A stretch of 59,480 bases of DNA, filler included, from Dirinaria sp. TL-2023a (Eukaryota): the NCBI GenBank assembly GCA_051941275.1. It is 4 parts of 4 records of this genome, joined end to end, with 100 filler letters (N's around TTAATTAATTAA, not from the genome) between each part and the next. Parts side by side here need not be neighbours in the genome. Positions count along the whole stretch, not along the records: positions 1 to 14,810 come from JAVEBF010000578.1; positions 14,911 to 29,702 come from JAVEBF010000579.1; 2 more parts are not named here. One strand, written 5' to 3'. A model generated the notes under the pieces. It saw nothing but the letters and a program-made list of their open reading frames with translations, did not search any database and was not told the DNA's origin. Numbering within the stretch: position 1 is the stretch's first letter; each line of letters opens with the position of its first letter. Positions 11,647-24,086 of this stretch are shown in pieces. A program made the position numbers and the translations under genes.

Positions 11647-13584
11647 ATGCTGGACGAGCATCGTCAAGGGCATGACTACTCTCCTTTCCCTGACTCTACG
11701 CTGTCAAGAAATGAGGTGGACGAGCCGGAACATGACGATGATGGATTGAGTGACGAGAATACGCATGATGATGAATTCACTAAACGTCAGGCATATTTCC
11801 TCTATATCTCTCATTCGCTTTCGATGTGGAACTCGAGAATGTACGAGTATGGTGTGGTAAAACGCCTCAACCACGATACCATACATAATCATAGATGTGT
11901 TAATGAGCGCCATAACCAGATCATCTTCATCCAGACGGCATTCTCAGGAAATCTCTTAGCCTCATCGATAAAGTCAGTCTATCCTTCGTTTAGCGAAATT
12001 GGCGTAATAATCCCCATACTTACGGAAATCCTAGTGGTATTGCCGAGACTGTCTGTGTCCTCTTTTTCTCCAGCGCCCTGGGTCGATGGGTCAATCGGGC
12101 TCCTCGCCTGCCTGCCCTCCTACAGACTATCACATTCAATCGCGTCGCGGTGTTGGTTTCTTGTGTAACATGGTTTGCCATTCTGTCTTTAGAGCGAGAC
12201 GTCTACAAGAAGGTCTGGTTTGCTATCGCTCTTCTCCTTGGCATGATCGAAAAACTCTCACGAATTACCAACACGCTCTCGATGGAGCGCGACTGGGTTC
12301 CGCTCCTTGCGAACCCCTGTCTTGATAGGACGCAGCCAGTACCTTACAGCCTGACGCACCTGAATACTGTTATGAGACGAATAGATATGCTCTGCAAACT
12401 AATCGCGCCTTTATTCATTTCAACACTCACAACGAGCTTAAAGACCGAGACGATAGTAGTGGCTTTGGTAGCAACTATCAATACACTGAGTTGGACTGTC
12501 GAGTGCTGGTGTTTACGAAAAGTCTGGAAGGAAAGCAATAGACTCAAAGCGCCGAAAGTTTGGGTTGACGATAGTGACTCTGGACGTTTAGAACCGACCA
12601 GTCAAATCCATTCGGACTCGAACACCGATGCCAAAGATCGGGCAACAACACCTACGGCGAAGCCTCTTTCCAGGTTCTATACTTATATCCAGCGCACGGT
12701 CGGCGCCGACATCGAGGGCCTTCAGTACTATTTAAGTAGTCCTGTCTGGATCCCTGCTTTGTGCGCTGCCGTAATGCATGCCTCCGTTCTCAGCTACTCC
12801 GGGACCTTGATAACGTACCTGCTCAACTCCGGCTTTTCGTTGAACGTGGTCACTGTTGCAAGATTTACCGGTGCATGTTTCGAGATCGGGAGCACTTTCG
12901 CTTATCCCTGGGTTGTGCGTGTGCTCTCGAAAGGCAATCTTGACACACTTCGATACGAATTGGCTCCTCAAAATGCTTCGTCAGACAGTAGTCTTGCAGG
13001 CCGAAACCCAGAAGAAGATCAAAAATCAGGATTGGACCACGAACCCTCCAATTCCGAGTTAGGGGTCGTGCGAGCAGGTGTATGGGGGATCTTTACTCTG
13101 TGCCTGAGTCTGGTAAGCATGGGCTGGTTTAGGTCCTCCAAAATCTCCTTTACTAATTGATAACTCGCTTCGCTCGTATTAGATACCTACCGTTATCGCA
13201 CTCTTCTTTCTCGGCTCACAGGATTTCTCCGAAAACGCCTCTCCGTATCCCCTCAGCGCATTCATCCTCTGTCTCTCGATCTCAATCTCCCTCTTCGGCC
13301 GCTGGACCTACGACCTGTCCGCCACGCAGCTCACGCAAACCTTGATCCCCGCAACCCACCGCTCCAGCTTCGGCGGGACGGAGATGTCGATTGTGAGTGT
13401 GCTGAGTCTAGGCCATTGGATCGCAGCAGCCGTGTGGCACACACAAAACGACTTCAAATGGCTGGCCGTGGGCAGTTTGGTTCTCGTAGGGTTGGCGGCA
13501 GGGGCTTATTACAGGTGGGCAAAACGGTGGAGATCCGAGAGTGGGATACGGGTAGTGGTGGATGGAAGCGGTGAGATTGAATAG
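11647..13584 (+). CDS. Ferroportin (SLC40/FPN1-family) metal exporter, multi-exon
   Basis: LYISHSLSMWNSRMYEY, SMERDWVP, LNTVMRRIDMLCKLIAPL, SVLSYSGTLITYLL, FEIGST, GRWTYDLSATQLTQ, RSSFGGTE; GT-AG introns near 11857, 11973 and 13113. Confidence 0.9.
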
Positions 13585-14810
13585 AACAGAATTACCTCCC
13601 GTTTTCCATTTTCATAGTGAAGCTCCGATTTATTCCTTTCTCCTCTCTGAATCATCTGCGGCTGCTTCCTGTTCGTCCCTATCATTCCACATGAGTGCTG
13701 CCTCGTCTTCTCATACTCTTGAATACAAAGATGACTTTGCATAAATTTACGTATCACACTCCACCCCCAAAAAAAAAGAAAGAAAGAAAGAAAGAAAGCT
13801 AAACTTTTATTCCAACTCACCACTCAAAGTCTCCTTCATCTCTGAAGTCAGTGCTCGCACTTTACTTCTCTACGCGGTAAATATGAGCGAAAGTATCTGT
13901 TTCTGAATCCCCGATATCTAAATCAAGTCGAGTAACTAAGTAGCCTTTCCCGCCCTGAAAAAAAAGGGAAAATTTATGAAGGGAACAGGCCAGGAAACAT
14001 CTACATACCTCCAGAACGAAGATTTTCTAGCATAGCACACATCCGTAAGAAACGCCAAATTCCTCGAAGACAATCCATTTTCCTCCATTTGGTCGGTCAC
14101 AGAGTAGTAAGTAATAGATCATCCGAAGTCCCAATTTTTCAAATAAAAAAATACTTGCGTGCACAAAGCAAAAATTGCTCGCCGGAAAACTAGAACTATA
14201 TAATGTCTTCCTTCTTAATCTATGAACCCTTTCCGCTCGCGCAATCTTCCTCCTCGAAATCCGCCATCCCCAAAAAAAGAATTTTAGAGCATTCATGTAT
14301 GTTGCTCTCTCCCCTCTCGGTTTAATTCGAGATATACATCCCATTCCTCACGCCTAGTGAACGATTCTGATTCGGGATTAAGATAGATGGTGGAAGTCTT
14401 TATGCTTCGAAGCGGGAACTCGAAGTTCGAGTCTACGGGATCGAGAGATTAGTTTAAAATAATGGAAGGAGAAACTTAAGTCATGGATGCAGAAAAATTG
14501 GCACGGGTTTGATTTCATTGGCAATTCTACGGTTGAGTTTTGTCGATATTGAAAGTTCGTGATATTAAGTCCTAAGAAGAAAAAAAGGTGCGGTCTTCTA
14601 TCTAACATGCATGTATTCTCCATCCGCGGCGTCACTCCTCGGGGACTCAATGGAGATTACGTGTACTAAACCTCATGAAATGAATTACGAAAGCTGTACA
14701 CCCATCTTCACTCATCCGAGCCTTGATATCAGCAATACTCTCTCAATTGCTAATTATCCCTTTAACAGATTTTCAGAAAATCGGTCAGTACTAGATACAT
14801 TGACAATCTT

Positions 14811-14910
14811 NNNNNNNNNNNNNNNNNNNNNNNNNNNNNNNNNNNNNNNNNNNNTTAATTAATTAANNNNNNNNNNNNNNNNNNNNNNNNNNNNNNNNNN
14901 NNNNNNNNNN
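14811..14910. other. Artificial contig spacer (44N + TTAATTAATTAA + 44N)
   Basis: Exactly 100 nt containing a six-frame-stop linker; identical to the other two spacers. Confidence 0.98.
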
Positions 14911-16413
14911 TGTTTCTGTTATCATGCTTGTCTTGGGCTATCTGGAGACTCTATCGCTGCCACAAATCCGGTCAGCTGAATTCTCGACTATCGAACGTTA
15001 TAAAGCCTTCGCAAGACTACTACAAAAGCATACGAGCGGCCCTCGAAGCACGAAAACGGGCGAAGGCGGCAAAGCAGCGAAAGGCGAAGCAGCGTGGAAT
15101 AGGAACGAGGGGAGAAGAGTTACCCATGGAAGACATGGTTGTGCCAGCCCCTGAAGAGGACCACGTGAAGGACACCGAATCAGTATGAAAAATAGGACTG
15201 GCTGATCGCAAGTGTTGGCCAAAATAATGGGACCGAATTTGGTTTCATTCTCTGCTGTACACACTGAGGCTTTCTGCATGTTTCTCGAAGCAAATCAAGA
15301 GGGCTCGACTTCTAGAGACAGTTGTAGAGAATAAGCCTTGACATGTTGATGTCGGACTTCCTAACATCTTCCTTGCTGAGAGTGATGGGGACGAATTTGT
15401 GTATCGTATAGAGGTAGTTCCGATCAAGTTTAAAGATACGTTTGAAGCCACCGGAATGCCTGCATGCTTAATCCTTAAGAGAAGTTGCTTACCAAAAATA
15501 TACTTGAAGGAGTTCAATATGTCCCAACTAACCAGAATTCAGCGCTGGCATTAGTAGAGAGGACTGTTAAACAGATTCGTCCGGTTTTAGAGGTGGATTT
15601 AATTTTGATATAAATTGTCGAAGCCCAAGTTGGAAATAAGGATCCTCGAAAGCTGTGTAGTGGCTGCCCAAGGTGCATGGATGAAACGGTTCTGCCTTTG
15701 TTGTAGGCGTCGATGCGTGAATTGGGTCCGTCTTGCTGAAGGTTCTTCGAGCGATCAGCACCAAAATCGGCGTCTTTTCGTTTTTGAGTCGATTTGTATA
15801 TCTCCTATCGGCCTTTGATAGTTTGGAGTGACTCAATGAATTGGCTCACTGCACTGTGAGCATCTTGTCTAGTCTGCTATCCCGCAACGCTTACAGCTTC
15901 ATCATATGCCGGTCTGTAAAGATAATCATTAGTAACACTCGGGAGTGTTGACCATCTCATCCTCTAAGAGGGTGCTCGTGTTGGGCGCCTGCCCAGCATC
16001 CGAGCAACACATTAAATGTAGGCGACGGTTCAATGTAAAGACGATGGGCGAGTCCATCATTGAAGAGGCGTCGTCAGACAAGCAAGTTGTTGAAACTGTA
16101 CAACAGGAAGGTATAAGAAACAAAAATTTTTAAAAGCCTCTTAGGAAGAAAGGTATACTTGCCATCCAGCTTCAAATCCCATAAGGTAACATTTTCCTAG
16201 GCACTGAGCTTGGGATAGCTCATGTATCAATATGCGTCTTTTTTTTCAAGCGTTCTGAATTTCCGGGAAGTCACGGGCGCTCCAGTCAGGACGACATCAC
16301 AGATTGCATCACCTACGCAATGGACCACACGAGCAGAGTGCGCCAATTTGCACTCAATCAAGCCCAAGACTTGGTATCAACGGATTGCACCATCATCAAA
16401 GGCTGGCACGGGC

Positions 16414-16666
16414 GACCAGGGCAGCCGCTGCATTTCACCTGCCGCTTAGAATACACAGGGTAACCCTGGTGGGATCAAATGTATCTCCACGCCGAAAGGA
16501 AGAAGTATGGCATACTTCACGTTTATGAAGACGGTAGCGAGTCACGGCGTCGAGGATATATCTGGTGATGATGAACTTGCTGTCAGATCTGTGGCGTCTG
16601 GATCAAGGAAACTCGTACATTGGTGAGGTAGGAGGCTCAAAGTACGAGTACGATAGGGTATCCGTA
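16414..16666 (+). repeat. Diverged direct repeat, copy 1 (~250 bp)
   Basis: Shares collinear blocks with 19541-19801: GACCAGGGC, GCTGCATTTC, GCTTAGAATAC, CCTGGTGG, TAGCGAGTCACGG, ATCTGGTGATGATGAACT, GCTGTCAGAT, GTACGAT, GTATCCGTA. Confidence 0.9.
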
Positions 16667-17110
16667 GACACCTACCTTAATCAGCCAATCTTGATGGCTT
16701 TGGGTTGTCCAAGGCCAGAATTCGTTCGGATCTTCGCCCTTGTAATGACAACGCTCGCCTTCTCGGGCTCCCACTACATGCAGGTCCATTATTATCTGAT
16801 GTTTAATCACGAGTACCGCATGGGAACTTTCTGGATGATGTCAAGGTGGGCCTTAGTGCATGGTCCTGGTCTAGCGGGCTCTCTTTTTATCGCTTTGTAC
16901 ATGTACATGGAGTACATTTCCTTATGTTCACTGTGGCCGCCGTGAGTCTCAGGTATGGAAGATAAGGTATTACTGGGCTTGTTTGATCCTCACCTTCGCA
17001 GGCCTTGTAGTCATGGTATCTCGTTCTCCATGTGTCTACCAATGGAATTCCTCGCCAAAACTCAAATTGGCTTGAAACCCACCTAATCCTGAGAGTTTAG
17101 CAAGAAGAGG

Positions 17111-18327
17111 GTGTCTTCCATACTTCCAATACTATCAATCGAAATTGTCGAGCTTCTCTCCACTTTTCTTACGCTCGCTGACATACGCTTCTTTCGCTTT
17201 GTCTGTCGAGCGATCAACAGGAAGAGTCAGCGTCACTTTGCTCTCACAGCCTTCACAACTGTGCAGACGGATCTCAGTCGCAGTAGCCTTCAACCGCTAC
17301 GAGGCATCTCCGGAGTTGACCAGCTGGCGTCTCATGTGCGGTGTCTGCGCATAGTCTACAGAGAGTTCGACGGAAAACTCGGTGGAGGATATGTATGACT
17401 GGAGTCGCGACCAATGGGGTAATTTGGAATATTAACTTGAGGCTGTTGGGTTGCTAAAAACCCCATGCCTTTTGACAAGCTGTTCAAATGCAGATCGATT
17501 CGCATTGACAGCTACGACGAATATGAACCACATCCAGAAACAAATTGCTTAATACCTAGCATGGCTGTAGGACTTATCCTATCTTTCGTCGCTGCCGGTC
17601 ATGCGTTAAGATCTTTTGCTATTAGAAGCAGCCATAGAGGCAGTGGACGTTTGGACAGGAAGGGACTACAGATATCTCTGAGTCATACTCCACTGTTTAT
17701 CGCCACATGGTCACAGATAGAAGAGCTTCGTCTGGACTACGCAATGACATCTGATCAATACGATTGGATACTGCGTCTCGTCTCGTCTGCTCCACGACTC
17801 CGAGGTTTGTCCCTGGGGCTTCATGATACGAGTAGCTCATTGATGGAGTAGCTAGGCTCCTTGTATTTGCTGAATCAGCTTGAAGCTCCCACTCTCAGAG
17901 CAGCTCATATGACGGTGGGTAGCATCTCAATGCTACTCATCCAAAATCGCGAAACTCTTTATTCACTTTCTTTTCAGCATACTTGCACTGAGGACGGGGG
18001 TAAGTGGGTCGTAGTGCTGAATATTATTAAGAGCCAAATGCCTGCGCTGAAAAGTCTATCCTTTCTTGGCCTAAGGAGCAGCCCTCTGATCGTCGCGTGA
18101 ACTTCTCCACAATGACTAAATACCCAGTCATCCCTGGGTCTGAGGACCGCAGGGCTGAAGATAGCCGCCTGAAGTTTGACAGTCATAAATTAAATTCAGT
18201 GGTAGAACCTGTCAGATTTAGATACTGGGGTGCTCGTCGAAGTGTAGTGGGAGTTGAGTATCATGGGGCTAGAATCGAGCATATTTTGACCGCCCTCGCG
18301 GAAGCGGCACACACAATGTCCCTGTAA
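17111..18327 (+). pseudogene. F-box/LRR-like protein pseudogene
   Basis: N-terminal F-box-like segment (LPILSIEIVELLSTFLTLADIRFFRFVCR) followed by LRR-like segments broken into four ORFs by stops (17396, 17849) and frame changes; no clear ATG. Confidence 0.75.
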
Positions 18328-18976
18328 ATCATAGCTGCCGAGGTTACGTTTCGTATTGATCCCTCCAGTATCATACAGCTTCTATACAGCTGACCAATGC
18401 TTCTTCAATCAACGCGGTTTCTCCGCTCAAGATAATATGGCGTGCAACACGTGTCTTAGTTCGCCATTCGCGCCTAGGGAGTGTGATGCAGTTGAGCCCC
18501 GCAAACAATATGGTCGACAACCAGCCGATGGTATTTCGGTCTATGATGTCGTCTCAGGCTATTTTCTTTAGCCTATTAGTATTTTTATCTGCTATATAGG
18601 CTATGGACCTTGAGAGAGATCCAATGCTGGTTGATGCCGATTAAGCTGACAATGAATTTGTCGTCTGAATTGGTCCTCTCAGCCTATCACCCTCTGTTTG
18701 ATAGAATGACTGATGCATTGACCAGCACGACCAAAGGATGCTCTTCAAACAATGTTCATCTGTAGGGCATGCATAGCATCTAGCCATTTACATGGCGGCG
18801 TTCCTATGAAATACCATGACGTATAAGACAATATCATTCAAGATCCAAAACGATTGCAGTCATAGTCATTGATGTGTCTGAGTCTCGTCATTTGTCAATC
18901 GTCAGCATCACCGGCTGACTACCAACATTTAACCGGCTTTTCGTCACCTTGTGCTCACAGAACTCATAGAGACAAT

Positions 18977-19429
18977 TCACAACGCTTTGCGATATTGAAC
19001 GAAATCTGTCCGATCCGCCACTTTCACATAAAGCAACTGAGCCGCATGATTGAAATATTGAGTATGCCAATAAACCGATGCAGCCGGAATCGTTTTCGCA
19101 TGCTCATATACATGCTCAATGAGCAGCCGACCTGTCCCTACATTTCGTGTACTAGGATCGACGAACAAATCATGCAGATAGACATCTTCCTCGATTGAGG
19201 ACGTTGAAGGGTGTGGGTACCAGGTCACGAAGCCAACAATCTTGTCGTTGCTTTTCGTGTCGACCGCAACGGCACCGTACATCCGGACACTGTCATCCAG
19301 AAAGCGAGCGAATGTGGTTGAAGTGACGGGCTCGGGAATAGTGCGTTTGTAGAATTCGTTGTATTGTTGCCAGAGGTTGCGCCAAGCTGCTTCATCGGCT
19401 TTCTGGATGGCGCGGATCTGCGTAGACAT
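18977..19429 (-). CDS. GNAT acetyltransferase, Hpa2/Hpa3-like, intronless, 150 aa
   Basis: MSTQIRAIQKADEAAWRNLWQQYNEFY...YLHDLFVDPSTRNVGTGRLLI...VYWHTQYFNHAAQLLYVKV...FVQY. Confidence 0.9.
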   Translation of the reverse strand: MSTQIRAIQKADEAAWRNLWQQYNEFYKRTIPEPVTSTTFARFLDDSVRMYGAVAVDTKSNDKIVGFVTWYPHPSTSSIEEDVYLHDLFVDPSTRNVGTGRLLIEHVYEHAKTIPAASVYWHTQYFNHAAQLLYVKVADRTDFVQYRKAL

Positions 19430-19540
19430 CGCTGAAAGATGAAAAGAAGCTCGTAATGATACTGTAAGATCAGCGATCCCAGTACGCTCGAAGACATTGT
19501 ATAATGTTGCGATAAAACCAGACAATTTTCACTTTATTTT

Positions 19541-19801
19541 GACCAGGGCTGCATTTCGATTGTGGCTTAGAATACTTACATAGGTAACACCTGGTGGAGT
19601 GGATTGAATCTCGTTCCTGAATAGAAGAGTGGCGCGCTTCACTTTTATGAGGATTATAGCGAGTCACGGTGTCGGGGATGCATCTGGTGATGATGAACTA
19701 AGGGAGCTGTCAGATTCTCACACTTTGGCGAAGTGCGAAGGGTAGCTCCGTACCTTATAGGTAGAAGGCTAGCTCGGTGGATGTACGATGGCGTATCCGT
19801 A
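19541..19801 (+). repeat. Diverged direct repeat, copy 2 (~260 bp), immediately upstream of the GNAT gene
   Basis: Collinear matching blocks with 16414-16666. Confidence 0.9.
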
Positions 19802-19918
19802 TGTAGGGTGTCCTACTATTAGCAATTATGTCATAAGCTCCTACGATACACTCGAGGGTCAGTGGCTCAGTGGTTATTATTGTTTTGACTGTAGGGAATA
19901 TCAATCATCGGGCAGGCC

Positions 19919-20614
19919 ATGACCGTTCCAATGTCACGCTCGCTAGTGCTTTCGCCGTGCACGCCCTTTCCTATCTATCCTCTAGTGCGAAGCCTACACA
20001 CTACCTTTCCCTTTCGTGAGCCACAGCGACCCAATGCCCCCTCTGCCTCCTCCGACAGCGACGATTACTACTCCCTTCTGCTCTCGTCGCCGCTCCCACC
20101 TTCTGCGTCGTCCTCCGCGTCGTCTTCCAATCCTCCTGCCGCTCCTGGTCTCAGCGCCGCCTCTCCGCCCCCACAAGGAGTCGCTACCCCGCCCAAGGCG
20201 AACATAGTCTTTGGATCCCGCCTTGCGGGGCCAGCCGCCGCACGTTCTCAGAAAGGCTGGGCAGAAGCTCGCCCTAAAGAGCCTGATAATTGCTGCATGA
20301 GTGGATGCGTGAATTGCGTCTGGGATCTTTACAGGGAGGAAGTCGAGGAATGGGCTGCGCGACAGAAGAAGACGCATAGACGCGAAGTGGCTCAACAAAG
20401 TGAAAATGCGAGGAGGATGCGGGGGCGAGGGAGACGCGATCTCGGTGAGAATGGCGAAGGGGGAATAGGAGATATAGATGGGGTTGGTGGAGAGTATGAG
20501 GGTGTGGATCTGGGCAACGAGGGATTGTTTGAGAAAGTTCCTGTTGGCATTCGCGAGTTCATGAACACCGAGAAGAGACTTAGGGAAAGGAGAGAGGCTG
20601 GCAAGGGTGGATAG
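19919..20614 (+). CDS. Oxidoreductase-like domain protein (UPF0651/YPL107W-like, probably mitochondrial)
   Basis: IVFGSRLAGP, RPKEPDNCCMSGCVNCVWDLYREE, VPVGIREFMNTEKRL. Confidence 0.88.
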   Translation: MTVPMSRSLVLSPCTPFPIYPLVRSLHTTFPFREPQRPNAPSASSDSDDYYSLLLSSPLPPSASSSASSSNPPAAPGLSAASPPPQGVATPPKANIVFGSRLAGPAAARSQKGWAEARPKEPDNCCMSGCVNCVWDLYREEVEEWAARQKKTHRREVAQQSENARRMRGRGRRDLGENGEGGIGDIDGVGGEYEGVDLGNEGLFEKVPVGIREFMNTEKRLRERREAGKGG

Positions 20615-20936
20615 CATAGCTGTACTGATTAGTCATTCACGAACGAAGCTTGAAAGCTTGATTTGGTATTATCAAATTGGCTGCCAATTTAGGAAGGCAT
20701 ACGCAGAGCTTCGAAAGCTGACAAGTCCAGGAGGCTCAGGAGTCCATGTCTAGCCAGCGAATGTACCCTTGGCGTAGTACTCTCGTATGCTGTTTCGAGA
20801 GCTGGAGGAATTCCATGGCTCCTTCGTCGGCGAATCGAGCATAGTTCACCCACAGCGCAGGTTGACCAGACGGGGACACCAATATACGTCCATTGCGGGC
20901 CTATTGTCTAGCCTTTTTGCGGGTATATAGGTGCAA

Positions 20937-21353
20937 TTAATCCACATCAACGCCCTTCTTTCGCAAGTCCTCTCTTGCCATCTCAATCTCTCCCATTAAC
21001 TCTTTATGCGCCTCTGGAACGTCGTTAAAAGTAAGAAGTCCCCACCCTAATTTACCCAGAAGATATGATCCAAATGAGACGAGCGTCCAGAAAGGTAACT
21101 ATGTTTTTGATAAAGTCAACTTGAGTCCAGCGACAAGGGAAACTGCTATTCAGTGAGGGATCGCATACCACTGGTACAATCTCGTCTTGTACTTTCGCAG
21201 TCAAAGGGACTAGTTGCATGAAGAACGCTAAGTAGACCTTGAGACAACAAAGTCGTGTCAGCTGAAAGAGTGTAGCAATCTTTTGGACAAAAGTAGTAGG
21301 CTTACGGAGGAGATGAGCAGGCCGAGGGAGACGGTTTGTTGCGCGCGCGTCAT
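20937..21353 (-). CDS. DPM3: Dolichol-phosphate mannosyltransferase subunit 3, 3 exons
   Basis: Manual splice gives MTRAQQTVSLGLLISS / VYLAFFMQLVPLTAKVQDEIVPV / LPFWTLVSFGSYLLGKLGWGLLTFNDVPEAHKELMGEIEMAREDLRKKGVDVD*; GT-AG introns. Confidence 0.9.
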
Positions 21354-21766
21354 TGTGGATTCGAACGCTTACGGAGGGGAACTTTTGGAACAGAGGACGC
21401 GACTTCAAACAATAGCCAGCATCGCGCAAGAATGAATTGCACGCCCAGATTAATGTTGGGTGTTGGTGAGCTAGTCAAACACGAATAGATGAAGTTAAGG
21501 TATCTTCTAGACCCTCGGTGCCTTGCTTCAGGGTTAGGGTTCACACACTACCTGTCTCTTGAGGTGGGAATTTCGTTGAGCAAATGGCCCTTCATTTAGT
21601 TCGACCTTCATGTTTCACACGTGACCTTAAGTCTCAATCTAGCTGACAGTGCCAAACGAATATATTGTTTCCGTAATGTTGCAGGAACCTTGCCCACGCC
21701 TCCCGTGGTTGGCTATACCCGTCATATCTTTCTTTTACGGCATACTTGCCATTCAACACACATAAT

Positions 21767-24086
21767 ATGGATACCGAAAACGAGCTTGTGGAGCGTTCAG
21801 CTTTGCTCCTTCAACAGGAAAGAGCGAAATCTGTTCTATGTGGTGCTCTTATTTCTCCAGACGCTCTACCAGATTCTGCTACCTTGACTCAAGTGCTATT
21901 GAGACTTCGGCAGCTTCAAAATGGGCCTTCTCAGGAACTCTCCAAAGCCTTGCAGAGCCTAGCAGACCGGAGCAGATGGGGTCAGCAAAGAACACTATCT
22001 CTCGTTCAGGGACGACTAACATCTCGAAGAGGACTGGCGCGAGCCACTTGGAAAATCTGGGTTGCTGGCCTTCTGCGTGGATACTCTTGGCAGTTCGAAG
22101 GACCTGAATGTGCATTTGCAGGCTTTAAGGCTAATCGCAAATACATGCGCTGAAAGAGGTGCGTACGACCAATTAACTATGCGGAAAGGGACGACTAATC
22201 ACTAGGTCCTCCTTAGACTGCAATCGACAGCGTATAATATCACATCCAAGTTTCGCAATTATTCTCGAAGATCTGTCATTTGACCCTACGGCATATGCTG
22301 CATTAACCACGCTTCTCAACATTTCCCTCAATTACGGTACGATGTTCGCACACGTCCCTACTGGGCGAACTGACTCCAACAGAACCTGCCCAAAAGGCTT
22401 TGAAAGACCAGAATGTCTGCCTTGCTCTGATCAAGCTTCTCCTTAGACCAACCTCTTCCAATATCTCACTGGATCAAGTATGTGATCTGTTGTGGTTTGC
22501 TATTGACAATTGTACGTCACAGAAAACGGCCATGGTTGGGACTGAAGCAAGCTTAACAAAAATCATGCAGACGATGTCAGCCAGTCTCCGGATACGATCA
22601 TTACCCGACTCTTGGATATCAGTACAGCAATAAACGCAGAAATTGACGTTTTCGTCTGCATAACAAACATACTCGCTGTACATCTTAAACATGAGCATTT
22701 TCAGAGAGTCCTCCTAGAGCAGGATTATTTTATCCGCTTTTTAGGTGTGATCCTGCGTACCGTTTCGTTTCAAGCAAGTCCTTGCTATTCGTTAAATCTC
22801 GAGCACTATCCACCGACAGAAAACATTGCACATGACGACGCCGAGCAACTCAAGTCCCTCGGAAACTTGCTCACGGTGGCGACATCCGATGTCTGCTCCA
22901 ATGAAGCATTTGCGCACAATTATTCATATCCTTCCAAGCTAGCATCCAACCTCATTTTATGGTTACAGTCAGGCCGGCCTCAATTTCAAGTTATAGCTTG
23001 CAGCATACTCAGTAACCTTGTGCGCGTTGAGGCTTCTCGTGGCTGGTCAATGATACAAGCTCCTGACAGTGTGCATATGCACTTGATAAGCATGCTTCAC
23101 TGTCCAGATTCACATACATGTCATGTGGCTCTCGAATACCTGCTACAATTAGCAAGACAGGTTGATAATAGGGCAATTATCTGTCAACAGCCGCTGCTGC
23201 AAGCTATGAGTACACTATGGACTGGAGACGACTACCGCACCCAGTATGCGTCAATCACAGTGTTACGCGAATTGATCAAAGACTGTGCGCAGGCTGCACG
23301 ACAGCTCGTGGCAAGTTCTCCAATTGATAAGTCCGACCTTACGCCTTATGAAAACATGGATCAGCCGTCAATTGCTCAGCGGCCGCCCACCAGCGTATTG
23401 AGCCATCAACACCACGCAAACGATTCTGAGGATAATGATCGCGACCGCCGCAATAAATACTTCTCTACTCTACTTTGCCTCTTTGATGTTACACCGGATG
23501 TAAATGTACGATCTGAGGTTGCCAAAGTTGCTGTCGAAATGTGCAGATGCCTGCCAGGATTAGGTAGAGACGTTCGGACGGATCTACTCCATTATGGGAG
23601 CCTTACGGTCCCAATTACCTGGATGGTCTCTGAAGCTAATAACCCAGGGCTGTTGTCACAAGGCTACTTATCACTTGTGCTGATTCTGAGACATTGTGAA
23701 GATGGGATCATACATGTTAATCGAGTTTTGCAAAGGACGACCGTTTTCGATACCCTCACGAACGCAATTGCAAATAATAAGATATCAGAGACCTCAGGCG
23801 CAACAAGCAGCGTCTTACAGCGCTCAATCAATGAGAACGCTCGGTGGCTAGTTATGGCTGTGCTTGAGGACCAGGTAAGTGGCCCAATCCTTAAAGCCCA
23901 GGATATTTCGGTCCTGTGTGTACATGCTTGCAAGACTTGTCCCACACTGCCATACTAAATATGCGTACTCAGGCGGCCAAATTGCCGGGCGGCTGGACAG
24001 CCATCTTACGGCAACTCTTGCATGGCGACTATGAGGAGGTAGAGCAAATTACAGAGAGTGCGAAATCCTACCTTGTTTCCTCCTAA
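21767..24086 (+). CDS. ARM-repeat protein, Rap1GDS1/Bem4-like, multi-exon
   Basis: ALQSLADRSR/..DWREPLGKSGLL..QALRLIANTCAE..NRQRII; helical repeats in ORF 22612-23958; last exon after the intron at ~23875 ends ...KSYLVSS* at 24086. Confidence 0.65.

Noticed and set aside
14855..14866. TTAATTAATTAA palindrome present three times
   Set aside because: Artificial linker inside N runs, not a piggyBac TTAA site or a biological repeat.
16560..16590. TGATGA in both direct repeats as a C/D snoRNA box C
   Set aside because: No conserved downstream CTGA box D or terminal stem in both copies.
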